DNA of 32,234 nt, taken from positions 1-32,234 of the IMG/VR virus record IMGVR_UViG_3300045967_000066, one strand, 5' to 3'. The notes below the pieces were generated by a model. It worked only from the letters and a program-made list of their open reading frames with translations. It did not search any database and was not told where the DNA came from. The position numbers and the translations under genes were made by a program. Positions 27,849 to 32,234 of this stretch are shown here, one piece after another. Numbering within the stretch: position 1 is the first letter of the stretch; the number at the start of each line of letters is the position of its first letter. This DNA comes from a virus. Its lineage: Duplodnaviria; Caudoviricetes.

Positions 27849-28502
27849 ATGCAATCCGATAATACCAGCCGCACATGCATCAAGTGCGGAGTGTCGAAGC
27901 CGTTGACCGGATTTTATGCCAACCATAGCGCAAAGGGTGGCGTAATGGGATGCTGCAAAACCTGCCGCATCGCACAAGACCGTCAGTGGCGAATCGATAA
28001 TCCGGAACGCGCCAAGGCGATACAAGTTAGAGCCAGTCTCCGATACAAAGAGAAACATGCATCCGACGAAGAGTTTCACACGCGGAATCGGGCGCGACGG
28101 CGACAATACTACAGCTCGCCCGAAGGAACGGCGACCAGAGAGGCCTGGAAGTCGAACCGTAAGGACAGGATGCTGTTCCTCTGGTGTAGAGGCCGCTGCA
28201 AAAGCCACGGGATCACCCTGGAACGCTACGAAGAACTACTGCGGGCTCAAAATCATGTTTGCGGTATTTGCTATCAGCCGGAGCAGAGGAGAGGCGCAAA
28301 GGGTGGCATGTGGAGTTTGGGCATTGATCATGACCATCGGTGCTGTCCCGGGCGCTTTGGTTGCCCGAAATGTGTGCGTGGATTACTCTGTGCCAAATGC
28401 AATCAAGCCATTGCGCTGTTTTCTGAGGACACGCATCGCTTTGAAAATGCGGTAGCTTATCTATCACGAGGTAGATGTTATGATGCCGATCCGGACTCTT
28501 AA
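27849..28502 (+). CDS. Endonuclease VII-family free-standing endonuclease
   Basis: N-terminal CxxC..KP...F..CKxC; HGITLE.Y..L...Q...CGIC...IDHDH...VRGLLC..CN. Confidence 0.9.
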   Translation: MQSDNTSRTCIKCGVSKPLTGFYANHSAKGGVMGCCKTCRIAQDRQWRIDNPERAKAIQVRASLRYKEKHASDEEFHTRNRARRRQYYSSPEGTATREAWKSNRKDRMLFLWCRGRCKSHGITLERYEELLRAQNHVCGICYQPEQRRGAKGGMWSLGIDHDHRCCPGRFGCPKCVRGLLCAKCNQAIALFSEDTHRFENAVAYLSRGRCYDADPDS

Positions 28503-29100
28503 GATTGCTCTGTATGCGCGTGTTTCGACCTCCGATCAGAGGTGCGACCTGCAACTCAATGAAATGAAGGAGTACTGTGAGCGCAGGGGCTGGCCGATCG
28601 TCGCCGAATACGTCGATACCGGCTGGTCAGGCTCAAAGAAGTCGCGGCCGCAACTCGACAAGTTGATGGCGGCGGCACGGAAGCACATGTTCGATGTGGT
28701 CATGTGTTGGAAGCTTGACCGATTCGGGCGATCCGTCGCGAATTTCGTTGAGCACTTGCAGGTGTTGAACGGTGCCGGAGTGAGGTTTATTTGCATCTCC
28801 CAATCTATAGACACTGACCAACAGAACCCCGGCTCGAAATTGCTGATGGATATTATGGCCGCCTTTGCCGAATTCGAGCGCAGCATGATCCGCGAGCGTG
28901 TGAAGGCCGGCCTGGCTGCGGCAGTGCGCCGCGGCGTGAAGCTCGGCCGGCGCCGGAAGTTCACCCAGTCAGAGCGCGACAAGGTGATCGAACTCCACCT
29001 CCGCGGAAAGTCCATCAGGGCGATCGGCAGGGAGACGGGCATGAGCGTGTTCACGGTCCACTCGATCATCCCGCATGAGAAGCCGCAAGCTGCGGCATAA
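28480..29100 (+). CDS. Small serine recombinase (resolvase/invertase, Pin-like) with replaced 5' end
   Basis: YARVST..Q, RPQL, KLDRFGRS, AEFERSMIRER..AGL..A...G..LGR, C-terminal HTH. Confidence 0.95.
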   Translation: MMPIRTLKIALYARVSTSDQRCDLQLNEMKEYCERRGWPIVAEYVDTGWSGSKKSRPQLDKLMAAARKHMFDVVMCWKLDRFGRSVANFVEHLQVLNGAGVRFICISQSIDTDQQNPGSKLLMDIMAAFAEFERSMIRERVKAGLAAAVRRGVKLGRRRKFTQSERDKVIELHLRGKSIRAIGRETGMSVFTVHSIIPHEKPQAAA

Positions 29101-29130
29101 TAACCATAACCACCCTTTGATGTAAGGCAC

Positions 29131-29172
29131 AGAGCGCCGCTGGAGAGTCTCATGGCTCCAGCGGCGCTTTTG
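29131..29172 (+). terminator. Intrinsic terminator after the recombinase
   Basis: gagcgccgctggag-N10-ctccagcggcgctt followed by T-rich tail. Confidence 0.8.
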
Positions 29173-29532
29173 CTGTTTCTGGGCCGTCTTTGCGGTCGTT
29201 ATAGAAACCGGATATTGGAGTCTCTGTATCCGATTGATTCTACGTCAGGGGCCCCCGCCGTTTTGTGGTGTTAGATATTTACGTGAGAGCCATACTGAGT
29301 GGCAAGTCCTGAGTTTCTGCGGGTTTAGAAAAGCGGCAAGAATTATATGATTGTCCAAAAGCGCCGATTGCGTGCCAGGAGGAGGAGTTCCGCGGCGAGC
29401 TTCAACGGGGCTGAAACCCTTGCAGGACGGACCTCAGAACGCACAGCAAGTGCGCCGGCGGAACCTGACAATCGGCACAAGTGCCCTAGTCGGTGGTGCT
29501 TGCCCAGCGCTGCATGACCCATAAGCAGAAGA

Positions 29533-29617
29533 ACACAGCCAGCCGCGGACAAGGGGCACCCTTCGCCAAACCTCTCATGACCGGAGACTGTTGATGGGCT
29601 GGCTAGGCTGGCCGTGC
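29533..29617 (-). ncRNA. Candidate ~85-nt structured sRNA
   Basis: TGgTACACT at 29623-29631; 12-bp closing stem gcacggccagcc/ggctggctgtgt; internal hairpins tctc/gaga and aaggg/ccctt. Confidence 0.4.
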
Positions 29618-29900
29618 CTGGAAGTGTACCAGATGGTAGGGAGGCACAGAAGGCGGCAGTGCCCGGAGGGGGGTGCCCCGGGGGAGTAAAATGGCAGGAG
29701 TTGTTGGAACCCGAGTGGGCCGAGCGTAGTGCCTAAAGGATGGCTCCCCGTGGTGAATACATGGCGACCTTGTACCTCATCTTGGCGCTATTGATCGCGG
29801 GGGCGGTGCTATGGTGGGTGATCCGCACCTTTCGCCCATAGCGGCGGCATCGGCGGCCAGCCGCGGGCTTAAAGGGAAGCCCCTTCACCAAACCTCTCAT
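29538..29900 (+). repeat. Imperfect direct repeat pair 29538-29578 and 29856-29900
   Basis: gccagccgcgg...aaggg-N3/4-cccttcRccaaacctctcat; last 20 nt 19/20 identical. Confidence 0.85.
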
Positions 29901-30104
29901 ATTGAGCATGCCGACAATGTCCTCCAGGCGGGCGCTGATCTTGGCCCAGGGACTGTCCAGGCATTGTTCAAACCTGGAACGCATTGCGGTGTCGTAGATA
30001 TCCCGGATCGTCGCGTCCACCTGTGCAGCGAAGCCGCGTTTCAGAAGGGTATGGAGCGCCTTGATCTGTCGGTCCTGCTTATCGACTCTCTGCTTTAGGG
30101 TCAC
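29733..30104 (-). CDS. Hypothetical, probably chimeric ORF (VTLKQRVDKQDRQIKAL...)
   Basis: Coiled-coil-like N-terminus; C-terminal half runs through the repeat and looks non-coding. Confidence 0.35.
   Translation of the reverse strand: MTLKQRVDKQDRQIKALHTLLKRGFAAQVDATIRDIYDTAMRSRFEQCLDSPWAKISARLEDIVGMLNMRGLVKGLPFKPAAGRRCRRYGRKVRITHHSTAPAINSAKMRYKVAMYSPRGAIL
29761..29841 (+). CDS. 26-aa single-TM peptide MATLYLILALLIAGAVLWWVIRTFRP (alternative start 29740)
   Basis: Uninterrupted hydrophobic helix with basic C-terminus; TAAAAT ~70 nt upstream. Confidence 0.5.
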   Translation: MATLYLILALLIAGAVLWWVIRTFRP

Positions 30105-30105
30105 A

Positions 30106-30303
30106 TTAGGTCCAGCGCCTCTCAAACTCCTGCCGCGATATCAGCTCGGTGTAGACGACCCAGTCAGTGTAGCGGAAGAAATCCGGATAAGCCGCGGAGG
30201 TTGGCTCCGGAATCGAGATGAGCTTCGCGCCAGGACGCCAGAGCAGGCGCTCGGGGTCGAGGGTAGCGCCGGCCAGCATCGACAGGAAGCCTCGACGGTT
30301 CAT
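30106..30303 (-). CDS. Small phage protein MNRRGFL...LDPERLLW.PGAKLISIP
   Basis: Twin-arginine-like start typical of small phage ORFs. Confidence 0.6.
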   Translation of the reverse strand: MNRRGFLSMLAGATLDPERLLWRPGAKLISIPEPTSAAYPDFFRYTDWVVYTELISRQEFERRWT

Positions 30304-30338
30304 TCTTCCAAGGTAAGCTAAACCGAAGGGAGGATCAG

Positions 30339-30731
30339 TTATGGCACGAGGTGCGGCGGCGCAGAAACAGTCGGCGCCGTCGTAGGTCTTCTCTTCGACG
30401 GGCGTCCCTTCCTTGAGGCAGCGGATGATGACTGGGAACTGCATGGCTTCCTCCCGTGCTCCTGGCACATCGCGTTGTTGATCAGCTCGCGCACCCGATC
30501 CTCCAAGGCCTGCTGACGGCGCAGCAGCTCGGCCAGGGACACGTCCGTCTTCTCGGACCAGTCGATCATTCTGGCGATCGCCCGGCCGCCGCCATTGACC
30601 AGGCCGCCGATCCGCTCCAGGCGGGCATTCGTCTGATCCTGTCGAGCCGCCTGGGCGTCAAAGCTGGCTCGCATCTCGCTTTCGAGAGATCTGAACAGTC
30701 CCTCGAAAAAGTTCATGTCCTCTTTGGTCAT
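30339..30731 (-). CDS. Coiled-coil protein (MTKEDM...), C-terminus probably fused to unrelated sequence
   Basis: ATGA coupling to the upstream gene; heptads up to ...RVRELI, then composition changes. Confidence 0.55.
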   Translation of the reverse strand: MTKEDMNFFEGLFRSLESEMRASFDAQAARQDQTNARLERIGGLVNGGGRAIARMIDWSEKTDVSLAELLRRQQALEDRVRELINNAMCQEHGRKPCSSQSSSAASRKGRPSKRRPTTAPTVSAPPHLVP

Positions 30732-30931
30732 TTCGCCTGTTTCTTCGCCCACCTGGCCGCGGCGGCCTTCTTGGCGATCTCGACCATCCGTTTCTTACTG
30801 AGCTTCTTGGCCCGGGCGCGGCCTCCACTGGCCGCGGCCTTCTTCCCCATCTCAGCCAACTCGCCTGGTGCAGCCGTTGCAGCCCTGCGCCTGCCAAGGG
30901 CCACAGCGGCCGGATTCTTGCGTGTTCCCAT
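30728..30931 (-). CDS. Small basic histone-H1-like protein (KNPAAVALG...GGRARAKKL...EIAKKAAAARW)
   Basis: Motif common in mobile elements; TGcTACACT 7 nt before ATG 30931; in-frame ATG at 30982. Confidence 0.8.
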   Translation of the reverse strand: MGTRKNPAAVALGRRRAATAAPGELAEMGKKAAASGGRARAKKLSKKRMVEIAKKAAAARWAKKQAK

Positions 30932-30982
30932 CAACGCCAGTGTAGCAGCTAGCGCTCCGGTGGGAATGGTTGGTACTGTCAT

Positions 30983-31030
30983 GCTTAAATTCTACTTGCT
31001 TTCCATGCGGTGGGCAAGCATAATGGGGAT
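30983..31030. promoter_or_regulatory. Overlapping divergent sigma70 promoters, both leaderless
   Basis: + strand: TTGCTT-17-CATAAT-6-ATG(31031); - strand: TTGCCC-17-TAGAAT-6-ATG(30982). Confidence 0.7.
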
Positions 31031-31261
31031 ATGAACAGAATCCATTACAAGATTGATCGCCGTTTAATCGAAGGGGCGCTCGGCTCGGCCAACTGGTATA
31101 TCGCCATCCCGGCTGAAGGCGAGCGGGTGTTCCTGGGAACGTCGAAGGACGACGCCTCCTGGAAAATTCGACGGATGCGACGGGATGGTCACACGTTCTC
31201 CGATCCGTTCAGATTGTTCTCCGGTGACCGCTACCGCGGCCTGTTCACGGAGGTGCAGTAA
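31031..31261 (+). CDS. Hypothetical protein
   Basis: Starts at the leaderless promoter; TAATG coupling to the next gene. Confidence 0.65.
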   Translation: MNRIHYKIDRRLIEGALGSANWYIAIPAEGERVFLGTSKDDASWKIRRMRRDGHTFSDPFRLFSGDRYRGLFTEVQ

Positions 31262-31494
31262 TGGCCTACGGACGCCGTCCACGCCTTCACAGGCTGGACC
31301 TTCTCATTCTCGGCGCGTCACCGAAGAAGCTCGCGGAGCAGGCCGAGATCCCGGCTACGGACGCGCCGCTGATCACCGACGAGCAGCAGGCCGAACTTTA
31401 CCGCCTCAACTACAAGAGGAAGGCCTCAACACTCTCGCCGGCAGAAGAGATGCTCCGCTACCGGCTCGAGCAGCTCGCAAGGGGGCGCAAGTGA
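31261..31494 (+). CDS. Hypothetical protein
   Basis: SD ggaggt; GC3-rich. Confidence 0.7.
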   Translation: MAYGRRPRLHRLDLLILGASPKKLAEQAEIPATDAPLITDEQQAELYRLNYKRKASTLSPAEEMLRYRLEQLARGRK

Positions 31495-31571
31495 AGCGCC
31501 TCCTGGATGGTCTCGGCCTGCTCGTCGTCGTCGTCATGTTCGCCTTGTTCTACCTTCTGGACGCCAAATGA
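31491..31571 (+). CDS. 26-aa membrane peptide
   Basis: GTGA and ATGA overlaps on both sides; hydrophobic helix. Confidence 0.55.
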   Translation: MKRLLDGLGLLVVVVMFALFYLLDAK

Positions 31572-31777
31572 ACTCTCGTTCTCTCTACTATCAAGTCCAC
31601 GGGGAGATGCCCAAGCGGAAGTCTCCCCGCCGCTCGACCGGTCGCGGCCCGGCCCGGGACTGGCGCTATAAGCAATGGGTCCGTACGCTCGCCTGCGTGG
31701 CCTGTGGCGCATCGGAAGGCGTGGAGGCTGCTCATACCGGGAAAGACGGAGGAATGGCTCTAAAAATTCATGTTTAG
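31568..31777 (+). pseudogene. Truncated DUF968/HNH-like Zn protein
   Basis: Y.QWVRTLACVACG.....AAH....GGMALK present; expected D...PLC..CH half missing. Confidence 0.6.
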
Positions 31778-31804
31778 GAAGCGAGACGTGCGTCTCGTTT
31801 AGCG

Positions 31805-31818
31805 AAAAAAAAAAAAAA
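31805..31818 (+). repeat. A14 homopolymer
   Basis: 14 consecutive A in GC-rich DNA. Confidence 0.95.
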
Positions 31819-32036
31819 TCTCGCGAGAATTGAGTGTGAGAACCCGGATATACGGCCTTTGCCGGCGATGGAGGAAGACGAAGCCAAGCAGATCGCCCGG
31901 GAACTCCGCGGCGAAACCCCGGCAGACAACGGCCAGGCCTCAGTGAGGATCAACGAGCACGGCCGGCCCATGTTCGCGTGGAGGGGAAACTCGGAGACGG
32001 GCAAGTGGACCCGGGTCGTAGCATAACCCGTTTCTC

Positions 32037-32234
32037 TTATAGCGGATCCATCCCCATGCCGATAGCCGTCTGGACGCATTGATCAATTTGATCTTTCGTT
32101 CTTGATCCGAGCACCAGAGCGCGAAGAACGGCAAGTCGGATGGCAGAATCGATTGTACCCTCTGGATTCTGCTCCCATACCGGACTCTCAACCCACTGCC
32201 TCAGGTAGGCCCTGATCAGCGATACATCGCGGAG
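32037..32234 (-). CDS. Partial gene (runs off window), paralog of 1054-1362
   Basis: LRDVSLIRAYLRQWVESPVWEQNP...IDQCVQTAIGMGMDPL* vs IRQVGLLKAYLQQWVESSAWDENP...LDGCIQLAVDLGMDPL*. Confidence 0.85.
   Translation of the reverse strand, partial: LRDVSLIRAYLRQWVESPVWEQNPEGTIDSAIRLAVLRALVLGSRTKDQIDQCVQTAIGMGMDPL

Larger units (their letters stand above)
1..32234. mobile_element. Temperate phage/prophage segment with P22-like (podovirus) head-tail-ejection module; ends not visible
   Basis: Contiguous TerS-TerL-portal-scaffold-coat-adaptor-hub-ejection gene order; phage-type small genes on both flanks; no host housekeeping genes. Confidence 0.93.

Noticed and set aside
27762-28551. IS element with target-site duplication
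   Set aside because: There is no transposase or terminal inverted repeats, and the duplication is conserved at protein level, not DNA level.
31783-31796. Back-to-back BsmBI sites (gagacg-tg-cgtctc) as a sign of synthetic cloning
   Set aside because: No vector or other synthetic sequence is nearby; a natural palindrome explains it.

Overview
The whole 32 kb window is a GC-rich temperate-phage or prophage segment with a P22-like podovirus morphogenesis operon on the + strand. The order is TerS, TerL, portal, scaffold, coat, two gp4-like adaptors flanking a tailspike, gp10-like hub, needle/fibre, GNAT, four ejection-type proteins and a beta-helix protein. Mosaic accessory regions of small genes flank the operon, and a Pin/resolvase-type serine recombinase lies to its right. 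No integrase, replication or lysis genes are recognisable inside the window. An Acidobacteria-like host is only a guess from the style of the small proteins. The most striking pattern is two unrelated free-standing endonuclease genes (a tandem HNH and an Endonuclease VII). Each sits about 20 codons into a phage gene, leaves the old 5' end behind as a stub, and is followed by a synonymously recoded copy of that 5' end which restores the gene. This looks like splicing-free, self-repairing homing cassettes. Other signals are a perfect 44-bp inverted repeat, a candidate structured sRNA beside a small membrane-peptide gene, an ejected HhH-glycosylase-like domain with a convergent small gene, dispersed TGCNGCA operator-like sites, and antisense morons with their own promoters. 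All family assignments come from motif recognition by eye, not from database searches.
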